From Candidatus Moranbacteria bacterium GW2011_GWF2_35_54 (lineage in GTDB: Bacteria; Patescibacteriota; Minisyncoccia; Moranbacterales; UBA9337), in NCBI GenBank assembly GCA_000990945.1, contig LBQR01000029.1, positions 1 to 41,939 on the forward strand: DNA of 41,939 nucleotides, in the 5' to 3' direction. The first letter of the stretch is position 1. Each line of letters begins with the position of its first letter. A model generated the notes under the pieces. The model was not told the DNA's origin. It searched no databases and was given only the letters and a program-made list of their open reading frames with translations. A program made the translations under genes and the position numbers. Below are positions 9,075 through 19,131 of this stretch, piece by piece.

Positions 9075-10352
9075 ATGAGTAAATTTATAATTTCAATCAA
9101 ACTCGCTTTGCGAAATTTGTATAGCAGTAAAGTGCGAACCGCTTTATCGCTTTTGGGCATTGTAATCGGAGTAACTTCGGTGATTTTGATTTTAGCTTTG
9201 GGAAATGGCTTGAGAAATTTTATTACTGATCAAGTGGAAAGTTTCGGAACTGATATCGTGCAGATAGAAGTTAAAGTTCCCAAAACTTCCCATGTTTCTT
9301 CAGAAAATGTAGGGGCTATGGCGGGAGGAACTCAAATTACTACGCTGAAGATGGAGGATGTGGAGGAGGTGGCTAAATTGTCTAATCTGGGTAATTGGTA
9401 TGCTGGAATTTTGGGCCAGCAAATCGTCAGTCGAGAGGATGAAAATGAACAAACTTATATTTTTGGAGTAACCAGCGGAATGATGGAGGCGGATAGTGGA
9501 GCAGAATTGGAAAAAGGAACATTTTTTACCCAGGAGGATGATCGTGATCTAAAGCAGATGGCGATTTTGGGGAGTAAGACTAAAGAATTATTTTTTCCCA
9601 ATGAAGAGGCGGTAGGACAAAGTATTAAAATTGGAAAAAATAAATATAAAGTTATTGGCGTAATGAAAGAACGCAGTTCAAGCGGAGGATTTGATTTTAA
9701 TAAAATTGTCTATATTCCAGTTAAAACTCTACAGAAAAAGATAATGGGAATTGAGCATGTTCAATTTGCTATCTTTAAAATAAAAAATATGGAGATTGTT
9801 GATCAGACCATGGAAGAAATGCGTTCTATCATGCGGGATGAACATGATATAGAATATGATAATGAAAAAGATAAAAAAGAAGGCATAGATGATGATTTTG
9901 CGATAATGTCTATAGCTGAAGCTAAGGAAATCTTGGATAAAGTTTTTAATATTATCGATGCCTTGCTTTTGGCTTTGGTTTCTGTTTCTTTGATAGTGGG
10001 AGGAGTGGGAATAATGAACGTGATGTATGTGGCAGTTACAGAACGAACTCAAGAAATTGGGCTCAGAAAAGCCGTGGGGGCCAGAAATAGAGATGTTCTT
10101 TGGCAATTTATTTTTGAAGCAATATTTTTAACATTGCTAGGCGGAATTGTGGGGATAATTATGGGAGTATTATTTTCTGAACTAGCTACTTATATGATTA
10201 ATCAATATGGTTATAATATTATTTTTGGAGTAACTGGCAGATCAGTGCTGATAGCGGTTGGATTTTCTATGATCACAGGGGTTGTCTTCGGGTTTTATCC
10301 CGCCCGCAAAGCCTCCTTTATGACTCCTGCGGAAGCACTAAGAAAAGAATAG
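9075..10352 (+). CDS. ABC transporter permease (MacB/FtsX-like), paralog
   Basis: RTALSLLGIVIG, GGVGIMNVM, EIGLRKAVGA. Confidence 0.95.
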   Translation: MSKFIISIKLALRNLYSSKVRTALSLLGIVIGVTSVILILALGNGLRNFITDQVESFGTDIVQIEVKVPKTSHVSSENVGAMAGGTQITTLKMEDVEEVAKLSNLGNWYAGILGQQIVSREDENEQTYIFGVTSGMMEADSGAELEKGTFFTQEDDRDLKQMAILGSKTKELFFPNEEAVGQSIKIGKNKYKVIGVMKERSSSGGFDFNKIVYIPVKTLQKKIMGIEHVQFAIFKIKNMEIVDQTMEEMRSIMRDEHDIEYDNEKDKKEGIDDDFAIMSIAEAKEILDKVFNIIDALLLALVSVSLIVGGVGIMNVMYVAVTERTQEIGLRKAVGARNRDVLWQFIFEAIFLTLLGGIVGIIMGVLFSELATYMINQYGYNIIFGVTGRSVLIAVGFSMITGVVFGFYPARKASFMTPAEALRKE

Positions 10353-10397
10353 TATAAATTGTTCTTATGCTTTAATGCTAATATGTTAAAATGCTAA

Positions 10398-10413
10398 TCC
10401 GCCAGCTGGCGGA
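10398..10413. repeat. Mini-palindrome TCCGCCAGCTGGCGGA
   Basis: Exact copies at 18054, 34805, 37497; variants at 7450, 13834, 15925. Confidence 0.9.
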
Positions 10414-10429
10414 GCTAACATGATTTCCC

Positions 10430-10457
10430 TTGCACTCAAATTCTTTTATGGTATAAT
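10430..10457 (+). promoter_or_regulatory. Sigma70-type promoter
   Basis: TTGCAC-N16-TATAAT with TG extension. Confidence 0.6.
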
Positions 10458-10540
10458 AAATTAAATTAAAAAACTTAAACAAAATAAAAAAACCAGTTAA
10501 ATGAAGTATGGGTGGCCATAATTTAACAGGACAATCGAAT

Positions 10541-11922
10541 ATGCAAAATAAAAAAGTCATAGTGATAGTCGCTTTGTTTATTACTGTTTTTGCGTTAGCT
10601 TATTTATTATTGGTAGGTAGGTTATTCAAAGGAAATGACGCAATTAAAGAAATTAAGAAAGAAGATATAGTGAAATTGGATCTATCTAAATTGAAATGTG
10701 ATTTTGCCTCAGATCAGGAAGCTTATAATGACGCTAGTAAAAACAATAATCTGGATGCTTGTAGTTGCATAAAAGATGAGAAGACCAAGGAAATGTGTAT
10801 CGTTTCACTAGGGCTTTAACATATTTAGATGAAGAATTGTGTACTGATATAAAAGTTTCAGTACATAAAGATGCTTGTTATGCCGTGGTAAAAGATAGCA
10901 TCAAACAGTTGGAAACAAAAAATCCGCAACATTTAGCTGATATTTACGCACTTTCACACAATGAGAAGGCCATTGCTAGCTTAGAGCAAATTACTCAAAA
11001 AAACTCAGCCACTGTGGATAATTATATATCTTTAGCATTGGCTTACGCTGAGAAAGGTTTGAAAGAGCAAGGACAAGGAAGAGATCAATCTCAATATGTA
11101 CTCAAAGCTTTTGGTTCTATCGATAAAGCCAAGGAACTTGATAAAAATAAATCAGAGATTTATCGCGTAGAGGCTTATGTCAATGAAATAAAGCCAGATT
11201 ATAAAAAAGCTCAATCTTTATATAGTCAAGCAATTGAAATGGACTCAAATAATATTCTAGCTTATGCTGGTCGGGGACACGTCAAAAGAATGTTAGCTGT
11301 ATTAGATGGGGCGGTAGAAGATTTTAAAAAAGCTGCTGATCTAGATATTAAAAGAGAACATCTTTATATTTATACTAATTTATGCAATCTGGAATACTCC
11401 AAAGGAGATGTAAGAGAGGCTACTAAAAATTGTAAAATTGTTACAGACAAAAAAGATGTCGATCCTGTTTTTCAATCAGAAGCTTATCAAATTATGGCAG
11501 ATATCTTTATGAAAAATGGTGATAGCAATCAGTCCAGGGCTAGTTTGCTAAAAGCTAAAACATTAACACCTATTGACCCGAATATTTTTATTACATTTTC
11601 TAAGTTAAATATTTTCGAAGGGAATTATCAAGAGGCAGAGGTAAATGCCCGAAAGGCAATGGAATTATCTCCAGCCAAGGCGTCTGCGCAATTAGCTCTT
11701 TCTTATGCTTTATACATGGAAAATAAGTTCGATGATTCAATAGTGGCTGCCTTAGCAGGCATTTCTCTGGTTGACAAAGATGTATCTTTACTTAATCCTT
11801 CTAAGCTCATTATGCTAAAGTCTTTGAATAGTTCAATCGCGAATTGTTATCGAGAAATGGGGAATAGTGAAAAACAAAGTGAATATGAGAAAAAAGCGCA
11901 AGAGTTTTCTAATAATAAATAA
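10541..11922 (+). CDS. Membrane-anchored Cys-motif/TPR protein, apparently frame-broken near 10805
   Basis: N-terminal TM and C..I.D...K..C unit in frame 1; a second such unit and TPR repeats (AYAGRG..., A.EL.P) in the overlapping frame. Confidence 0.75.
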
Positions 11923-11933
11923 TTTTAAAATAT

Positions 11934-12926
11934 ATGAAAAAAATATTCTTATTGGGGTTCTTTAGTCTTATATTTATTTGGACACCTCTTGATTTAAAAG
12001 CAGCAACCTGTCCAGGGAACGTTACCCCTTCTTTGGGAATGCTAGATCCGGCTTGTTGGAAATCAACTTGGGTTGTAGATTCGGCAACTGTTAATTGTAC
12101 TTGGACAAAAATTGGTGAAGAAAAGATATGTGTTCCGTGTGATTCTTTCGGTTGCGATTGGTCTAGCTCATATACGACCACTGGCGATTGTGGATCGGAT
12201 AATCATTATGCGGACAACGTTTTTCTTCAAGATGAATGCGGACATAGCGCTACCTGGTGTACCAATGTAGGCGCACCGGCTACTTTTACAAAAACTGTAG
12301 ACACCAGCCATTGGGATAACACTTGCTATTACACAACACCTGCCACTTGGAGCGCTCCAGATGCAACTGGGAAAAGATTAGCTACGTCAGTTAATCAATT
12401 AAGCACCCCTGGCTCTGGATGTACCAATGCTTCAAATATTATTTATGTTAATGCTGAACCAAATTTAGAAATAAACGGATCAGGTTCCGCTATCACAGTT
12501 AATAAATCTAACCCAATTGACATAACATGGTCTTCTAATTATGCTACTTATTGTAATGTGCCTGCTTCTAATACGGGCGTGAATTGGTCTGATCCAATAG
12601 CTACCAACGGTTCTCAGCTTAATAGCGATATTTCAATGGCACCTAAGCCAGCTAGCGAAGGAGCTTCACCTATTACTTTAAATTATGCAATGGCTTGTAC
12701 TAATCCTGGGCTAGTTAATATTTTAGATACAGTCCCGGTAACAATTATTTGTACTCCATATTCAGATTCTGCTTGGAGTGATTGTAGCAATCAATGTGGA
12801 ACAACTGGAGACCAGACAAAATTAACTCGCTATGCTAACTGTTATGAAAAGATTGAACATCAGGCTTGCAATAGGATTGCTTGTCCAGTAAGTAGCGAAT
12901 GGAGTTTAGAAAAAACTTTTAAATAG
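11934..12926 (+). CDS. Secreted Cys/Thr/Trp-rich protein with a TSP1-like C-terminal motif
   Basis: Signal peptide; WSDCSNQCG..G.QT...R...C...E.Q.CN...CP. Confidence 0.75.
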   Translation: MKKIFLLGFFSLIFIWTPLDLKAATCPGNVTPSLGMLDPACWKSTWVVDSATVNCTWTKIGEEKICVPCDSFGCDWSSSYTTTGDCGSDNHYADNVFLQDECGHSATWCTNVGAPATFTKTVDTSHWDNTCYYTTPATWSAPDATGKRLATSVNQLSTPGSGCTNASNIIYVNAEPNLEINGSGSAITVNKSNPIDITWSSNYATYCNVPASNTGVNWSDPIATNGSQLNSDISMAPKPASEGASPITLNYAMACTNPGLVNILDTVPVTIICTPYSDSAWSDCSNQCGTTGDQTKLTRYANCYEKIEHQACNRIACPVSSEWSLEKTFK

Positions 12927-12934
12927 AACAAAAT

Positions 12935-12974
12935 AAAAACAACCCCGTCGTTCGCGAACGACGGGGTTGTTTTT
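12935..12974. terminator. Bidirectional terminator (perfect 40-bp palindrome)
   Basis: AAAAACAACCCCGTCGTTCG|CGAACGACGGGGTTGTTTTT. Confidence 0.85.
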
Positions 12975-13040
12975 TATATTGATTTTTCGCGTAATTAGTG
13001 TAGAATTTAGTATGTAAGCAGTTCAATTAAGGAGCCATAT

Positions 13041-13667
13041 ATGGATAAATTTGAATCTATACAATACAGAGTGTCAGTAGCTCTTAAAATTATGATAGGC
13101 CTTTTGGTTTTAATTAGTGCTTTTCGGCAAGAGCTCTTTTTAACATCAGCTTCTCTAGTAGTTTTGTTTTTTTCATTTCTCCCTACGATTGTGAGTAAAA
13201 ATTATCGCATCAGGCTGCCGATTGAGATTGATTTTGTGGTAACGCTTTTGCTTTATTTACATTTCTTTTTGGGCGAGTATAACCATTTTTATGTAAAAAT
13301 TTCCTGGTGGGATATTTTTATGCATTTTGGAAATAGCGTAATTCTTGGATTTTTGGGATTCATCTTGGCTTATTCGCTACTTCTTACTAGCAAAATGGCC
13401 ACTAAACCAATTTTGGCTTCACTTTTTGCACTTTCTTTTTCGGTTTTTATCGGAGTAGTCTGGGAGATATTTGAATTTTTTATGGATTATTTTTTCGGCT
13501 TTACGATGCAAAAAAGCGGGATAATGGATACTATGACGGATTTAATGATGGATGTGATAGGCGCGATGACGGTTAGTTTGGCGGGCTTTTTTTATATGAA
13601 AAAGAAAAAAGATGGAATTTTTAACAGATTAATAAAAAAATTTTTACAGCATAAGTATAAGGATTAA
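13041..13667 (+). CDS. Integral membrane protein (YjdF/DUF2238-like)
   Basis: Multiple TMs, WWD..MH, WEIFEF, DTM.DL motifs; AAGGAG SD. Confidence 0.8.
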   Translation: MDKFESIQYRVSVALKIMIGLLVLISAFRQELFLTSASLVVLFFSFLPTIVSKNYRIRLPIEIDFVVTLLLYLHFFLGEYNHFYVKISWWDIFMHFGNSVILGFLGFILAYSLLLTSKMATKPILASLFALSFSVFIGVVWEIFEFFMDYFFGFTMQKSGIMDTMTDLMMDVIGAMTVSLAGFFYMKKKKDGIFNRLIKKFLQHKYKD

Positions 13668-13711
13668 TCATTGCAGAGCATTGTTTATAATTTTCAAAAA
13701 TATTACGCATT

Positions 13712-13879
13712 GTCATCCCAGAAAGTAAAATTTCTTAGCGACGTAAGGAGTGTTAGAAATTTACTTATGTGGGATCTCTGTTATACACAACAGCAAAATT
13801 CGAGATTCCGGATAGATGATTTTCTAAAAGCTCTCCGCTGGCTAGCGAATCGCTTAGAAAATCTATCTTCTGGAATGAC
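13712..13879. repeat. Long palindromic element, inverted sister of 7420-7593
   Basis: Arms nearly identical in reverse complement; central spacer differs. Confidence 0.9.
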
Positions 13880-13914
13880 AAAAAAATAACACTTTAAATT
13901 TTTACAATTGAATT

Positions 13915-15639
13915 ATGAAAGAAATTATAAAAAATGAAATTAAAGAAGTAATAAAAGAATTTATTTCCCAAAATGAAAATGGGCAGGATTTTAATTTTGA
14001 AGAATTAAATTTTGAGATAAATTTTTCTAAAGATGAAAAATTTGGAGAATTATCTTCTAATGTCGCTATGATTTTAGCGGGAAAATTAAAGATGAATCCT
14101 TTCGAACTGGCAAAACAAATTACAGAATTATTCGGAAATAGAAATATTGAGAATATCGAAAAAGTGGAAGCGGTGGCTCCAGGCTATATTAACTTTTATT
14201 TAGCCAAGAAGTATTTTAATGAGAAAATTGGAGATATTATAAAATTAGATAAAAAATGGGGAGAGACAAATGATCTAAATGGCAAGAAATATATTTTTGA
14301 GCATTCTTCTCCAAATTTATTTAAACCGTTCCATGTGGGACATTTGGTTAATAATTCAATCGGCGAATCACTGGTTCGAATTATAAAAAAATCTGGTGTA
14401 GAGAGCTTGACCACTCTTTCTTTTCCTTCAAATATTTCGCCAGGAATTGCAAAAACTGTTTGGGCCATCAAAGAAAAAAAATGGGAAAATGAAATGAACA
14501 TTAAAAAAATTGGAGAAGCGTATGCTTTCGGAAGCAAAGAATATAAAGAAAATGAAAAAGCTAAAGAGGAAATAAATATCATTAATAAAGTTCTTTATTT
14601 AAAAGAAGAATCAGTGGAATTGGAAATTTATAAAAAAGGACAGCAACTTTCCTTGGATTATTTCAAGGAAATAACGGAAAGATTGGGTTCAAAATTTGAC
14701 GATTTGATATTTGAATCAGAATCAGAAGAAGTGGGAAAAGAAATCGTAAAAGAAAATATTCCTAATATTTTTAGAGAGTCAGAAGGCGCGATAATTTTTC
14801 CCGGTTCAGAGCATGGACTATTTGATAATGTTTTTATTAACTCTCAGGGATTTGGAACATACCTAACTAAAGATATCGGACTTCTGAAAATTAAGTTTGA
14901 TAAATTTAGTTTTGACAAATCAATTACTATTACTGACGTAGAACAAAAAGAGCATTTTAAATTGGTTAAAAAAGCGGCTGAATTTATAAATAAAGAATGG
15001 TCGAATAAGAGCGAATATATCCAGCATGGCCGGCTTAATCTTTTGGGAATTAAAATTTCTTCTCGTTTGGGCAATGTACCGCTAGCGCAAGATTTGATTG
15101 AATCAGTAAAAAATATAATTTTAGAAAAAATAAAAGAGCAGGATTTTTCTAGCGATGAGAAGGAGGAAATAGCGGAAAAAGTGGCAGTGGGAGCGCTTAA
15201 GTATTCTATTTTAAAGTGCGGTGCCGGAAGAAATATTGTTTTTGATTTAGAAAAAGCTACGGCGTTTGAGGGCGATACCGGACCATATCTCCAATATGCA
15301 CTCGTTCGAACTAATTCGATTTTAAATAATGCCAAGGATTTAAAGATTGAAAATGAGGGAGAGTTAGGGGTGCGAAAAGGTGAAGTGCCAAATGTGGAAA
15401 AAATGATTTTAAAATTTCCAGTCGCTATTGGTAATTCTTTGCGGGATAATTCTCCCCATCATGTGGCCAATTATCTTTATAATCTCGCATCTGAATTTAG
15501 CTCTTTTTATGCGCAGACAAAAGTTTTAGACACCGCTAATCCTGATTTTAAAAATAATCTAGCTTTGGTAAAAGCGCTCCAGATAACCCTAAGAAACGGA
15601 TTGGAACTTTTGGGGATGGAAACTTTAGAGAGGATGTAG
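13915..15639 (+). CDS. argS: Arginine--tRNA ligase
   Basis: FGELSSNVAM, SPN..KPFHVGH, ISSRLGN, FEGDTGPYLQYA, C-terminal ERM. Confidence 0.96.
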   Translation: MKEIIKNEIKEVIKEFISQNENGQDFNFEELNFEINFSKDEKFGELSSNVAMILAGKLKMNPFELAKQITELFGNRNIENIEKVEAVAPGYINFYLAKKYFNEKIGDIIKLDKKWGETNDLNGKKYIFEHSSPNLFKPFHVGHLVNNSIGESLVRIIKKSGVESLTTLSFPSNISPGIAKTVWAIKEKKWENEMNIKKIGEAYAFGSKEYKENEKAKEEINIINKVLYLKEESVELEIYKKGQQLSLDYFKEITERLGSKFDDLIFESESEEVGKEIVKENIPNIFRESEGAIIFPGSEHGLFDNVFINSQGFGTYLTKDIGLLKIKFDKFSFDKSITITDVEQKEHFKLVKKAAEFINKEWSNKSEYIQHGRLNLLGIKISSRLGNVPLAQDLIESVKNIILEKIKEQDFSSDEKEEIAEKVAVGALKYSILKCGAGRNIVFDLEKATAFEGDTGPYLQYALVRTNSILNNAKDLKIENEGELGVRKGEVPNVEKMILKFPVAIGNSLRDNSPHHVANYLYNLASEFSSFYAQTKVLDTANPDFKNNLALVKALQITLRNGLELLGMETLERM

Positions 15640-15711
15640 GGGGTAGTTTATAAGGTTTGTAAAGTTTATAAAGTGATAAAAATGCTATTTATAATTCATA
15701 TAATGGAGGTT

Positions 15712-15888
15712 GTCATTCCGACCGGATAAATTTATGTACTCATAAATTTAGGAGTGGAGGAATCTCAATTGTTGTACGGGGCAGGATTTAGTTTCAATTA
15801 TTAATGATTTGAGATCTCTCCATGCATAAATTTCCGAGTACCCCAGTTATTCAACGGGGCAGGCACAAATTTATTTAGTCGAGATGAC
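15712..15888. repeat. Palindromic element family B (complete), with a mini-element inserted at about 15842-15864
   Basis: GTCATTCCGAC...GGAGGAATCTC / GAGATCTCTCC...GTCGAGATGAC. Confidence 0.9.
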
Positions 15889-15968
15889 ACACGTCAGATG
15901 TTCGTTCTAACGTTAAAATGTTAATCCGCCATCCGCCAACTGGTCGGAGGCGGAGCTAAAATGATTTT

Positions 15969-16574
15969 ATGACCAAATATATTTTAAATTCAGGTGGTGT
16001 AAAAAAATTTCCTCAAAAAGAGATTGATTTTGCAAAAGAGATGCTGGTTGATTTTAAAGTAGACGACGAGGTGAAAATTTTATATTGTTTTTTTGCTCAG
16101 CCAAGAGAAGTTTGGGAAGTAAAATATGAAAAATATAAAGAAAGATATATACAATTAATTGATTCAAGTTTTAAAATAAATTTTGAGCTAGCTTATCCAG
16201 AAAAATTTGAGGAGCAAATCAGATTAAGTAATATAATTTTTATTTTAGGCGGAGATGACCATCTTTTGAAATTTTGGTTAAGGCAATTTAATCTTCCTAA
16301 GATTTGGGATGGCAAAATAGTGGCTACAACTTCAGCTGGATCAGGCGCATTAGTAAATTCATTTTGGACATGTGATTGGCGAAAGAGTTTGGATGGGTTA
16401 AATATTTTACCAATTAAGTTCATCCCTCATTACAAGTCTGAAACTTATGGACTCGATGATCCGCGTGGTCCAATTGACTGGGAAAAAGCTTACCAAGAAA
16501 TTTCCGAATTCGGAGACAAAAATTTGCCAATTTACGCCCTGGGAGAAGGAGATTTCATTGTTTTTAATCAATAA
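15969..16574 (+). CDS. Peptidase S51 / class I glutamine-amidotransferase-like protein
   Basis: GGD, TSAG nucleophile elbow, PHY. Confidence 0.8.
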   Translation: MTKYILNSGGVKKFPQKEIDFAKEMLVDFKVDDEVKILYCFFAQPREVWEVKYEKYKERYIQLIDSSFKINFELAYPEKFEEQIRLSNIIFILGGDDHLLKFWLRQFNLPKIWDGKIVATTSAGSGALVNSFWTCDWRKSLDGLNILPIKFIPHYKSETYGLDDPRGPIDWEKAYQEISEFGDKNLPIYALGEGDFIVFNQ

Positions 16575-16585
16575 GCGGATTGTTT

Positions 16586-16639
16586 GGATTTCTCCGCTTC
16601 TAAATTTATGAGTACATAAATTTATTCGGTCGAAATGAC
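16586..16639. repeat. Palindromic element family B, right arm
   Basis: Near-exact reverse complement of the left arm 17885-17938. Confidence 0.85.
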
Positions 16640-16704
16640 ATACGTGGGATGTCAGCACTATTTTTGGTATTTAATTCATAATTCATAATACTTAATTCAT
16701 TCTC

Positions 16705-17831
16705 ATGTTTGTAATTAAACAAATGGAATTACGCGCAGCTAAATATCCAGATGTGATTTCATTGGCTCAAGGGGTACCAAATTTTGATACTCCTGAGTGT
16801 ATTAAACGCAGAGTGGAATTGGCTTTAAAAAGAGGGATTGTCGCCAAATATTCGCTTTCTCCTGGAATTTCTGAATTGCGAGAATTAATCGAATTAAAAT
16901 TAGCCCAAGAGAATATGTTTTATGATTGGGAAAAAGAAATTCTGATTACCGCTGGGTCGATTGAAGGAATCACGGCGACAATTTTAGCGCTTACAAATCC
17001 AGGAGACGAAATTATTATCCCTCAGCCAACCTATACTTCTTATCGGGAAGTAATAACTTTGGCTGGTTGCACTCCGGTTTTTGTAGCGCTGGACGAAGGA
17101 AAAGGCTGGGCTTTTGATCTGGAAAAATTTAGGCAAGCGATTACACCCAAGACCAAAGCGATTTTTTATTGTAATCCTAATAATCCCACAGGGACCATTT
17201 ATAGTAAGGAACAATTATTAGGATTAGCCAAGCTGGCCCAGGAACATGATTTGTTTTTAATTTCGGATGAAGTGTATAAAGATTTTCTTTTTGAGGAAAA
17301 CCAAAAAATTTTTAGTTTAGCGGAAATTCCTTTTCCAAATCTTATGCCATGACCGGTTGGCGAGTGGGTTATCTCCATAGCGATGAAAGTATTATCAGAG
17401 AAATTCTTAAAGTTCATGATTCTTTGGTAACTTGCGCGCCGGTTATTTCTCAGTACGCTGCCATGGGAGCTTTGGAGATGGGGGATAAGGATTTAATTGA
17501 AATGAATCAAGAATATAAAAAGAGAAGAGATTTAATTTGCAATCATCTGGACGATATGGCTCATATTTTTTCGTATGTCCGGCCGGAGAGCGCGTATTTT
17601 GTTTTTCCAAAAATATTGCTAGATAATATTGACTATATAGATAATGATCATAGTGGAAGTTTATCTTGGAAGTTCGCCTTAAATTTATTGGAAAAAACCA
17701 AAGTAGCCGTAGTTCCTGGCGTAGCCTTTGGCCCTAACGGCGAAGGACATATTCGAATGAGCTTTGGACGAAGTGAAGAGGATATAAATAAGGCATTTGG
17801 AAGAATGAAGAGATTCTTCAAGGCGTTGTAG
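16705..17831 (+). CDS. PLP-dependent aminotransferase class I/II, frame-broken at 17330/17331
   Basis: NPNNPTG, DEVY in frame 1; FSKSYAMTGWRVG and R.SF in frame 2. Confidence 0.88.
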
Positions 17832-17884
17832 ATGTTAAAAATGTCGTAATTGTTCTAATTATAATCGTAAGCAATTCTCTCGGT

Positions 17885-18009
17885 GTCATTTCGACCGAAT
17901 AAATTTATGTACTCATAAATTTAGGAGTGGAGAAATCTAAGTATTCTATAAATTGAGATTCCTCCATTTCCAAATCTTTGGGTACAAAGTTTTGTTCAGT
18001 CGGAATGAC
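17885..18009. repeat. Palindromic element family B (complete)
   Basis: GTCATTTCGAC...GGAGAAATCT / AGATTCCTCC...GTCGGAATGAC; inverted relative of 27751-27876. Confidence 0.9.
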
Positions 18010-18086
18010 AGATAGAAAATGATTGTTTCAATGCTAAAATGTTAACGTGCTAATCCGCCAGCTGGCGGAGTTAAAATGGACGCCTT

Positions 18087-18824
18087 ATGAAAAAAATATT
18101 TAAAATTATACTTCAATATTACCTTAAAATTATCACTAAGATAGTTCTTTGGGTTCATCGCCCGATAGTTATCGCGGTAAGCGGAAGCGTGAATAAATCT
18201 TTTGTGAGAGATGAGATCAAAAGAGTTTTAGAAGTTCAAGGCAAGACAGTGCGGGCTAATCCAAAAAACTTCAATACGGAAATTGGGTTGCCCTTGGCGA
18301 TTTTAAACATCCAAAGCGGATATAATTCTTATCGTAGATGGTTGCCGGTTATTTTTAGTGCGTTTGGCGCAATTTTTCAGAAAAATTTTCCTAAATATTT
18401 GGTTTTAGAATTGGGTGTGGCGCAAAAAGGAGATATGCGTTATTTGCTCTCATTGGTGAAACCCAAAATTGCCATAGTAACAGAAATTACTCAGCGCTAT
18501 ATCGAATCTTTTTCGGGGATGGATAAATTGGTGGGTGAGTATGTTTATTTGGCCAAGAACATGAAAAAAGACGGTAAACTTATTTTAAATTGGGATAATG
18601 AAAAAGTGCGAAGTTTAAAAAAATATTCCAAGGCGCAGGTCTTGTATTTTGGCAGTAGTTCAATGGATGTCGACGGTGAAATAAAAGAAATTAAAAAAGA
18701 AACTGATGGTATAAAAGTTAAATTGCGTTATAAAAATAAAGAAAGTGAAATAAAAATAAAAAGATTTGGTACGCACCACGCTACTGCGGCGGTGGTAGGG
18801 CAAATGATAGGAGATATCATATAG
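18087..18824 (+). CDS. Mur ligase central-domain protein (MurF-like, short)
   Basis: IAVSGSVNKS, NFNTEIGLP, VLELG, LN.D. Confidence 0.8.
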   Translation: MKKIFKIILQYYLKIITKIVLWVHRPIVIAVSGSVNKSFVRDEIKRVLEVQGKTVRANPKNFNTEIGLPLAILNIQSGYNSYRRWLPVIFSAFGAIFQKNFPKYLVLELGVAQKGDMRYLLSLVKPKIAIVTEITQRYIESFSGMDKLVGEYVYLAKNMKKDGKLILNWDNEKVRSLKKYSKAQVLYFGSSSMDVDGEIKEIKKETDGIKVKLRYKNKESEIKIKRFGTHHATAAVVGQMIGDII

Positions 18825-18906
18825 CATGTAACATAGAACATGGAACACGTAACATATGTCATAAGAATGGATAAAGGGGCAATGGATATGATATGAGGTT
18901 TTTATA

Positions 18907-18933
18907 TTAGCACTCGGACTTGACGAGTGCTAA
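18907..18933. promoter_or_regulatory. CIRCE operator
   Basis: Perfect TTAGCACTC-N9-GAGTGCTAA upstream of hrcA, overlapping TTGACG-N16-TATAAT (18920-18947). Confidence 0.97.
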
Positions 18934-18976
18934 TTTTTTGTTATAATTAAATTATAGAAAATTAATTCTTCCTTTT

Positions 18977-19110
18977 CCTCCTCCCCTTGGAAAGGGGAGG
19001 TGCCTGAAAGGCGGAGGGGTTGGATCTTCATATAATCTAAAATATATTTTTTTATAAAAGTTAGTAAACCCCCTCCTTAACCCTCCCCCCTTGAGTACAA
19101 GAGAGAGAGG
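18977..19110. repeat. Palindromic element family C (CCCTCC/GGAGGG hairpins)
   Basis: Two GC-rich hairpin arms around an AT spacer; GAGTAC loop at 19093; relatives at 23431-23471 and in trmD 40417-40447. Confidence 0.8.
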
Positions 19111-19131
19111 AATAAAGGAATTCTATAAAGT

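Noticed and set aside
14196-15335. Antisense ORFs within argS (and similar ones in dnaK, mreB, mrdA and others)
   Set aside because: Fully overlap well-supported genes; Ser/Phe/Ile-rich shadow composition
17325-17350. Programmed ribosomal frameshifts in the aminotransferase, mreB and trmD
   Set aside because: Conserved residues are missing at the junctions, which a frameshift cannot restore
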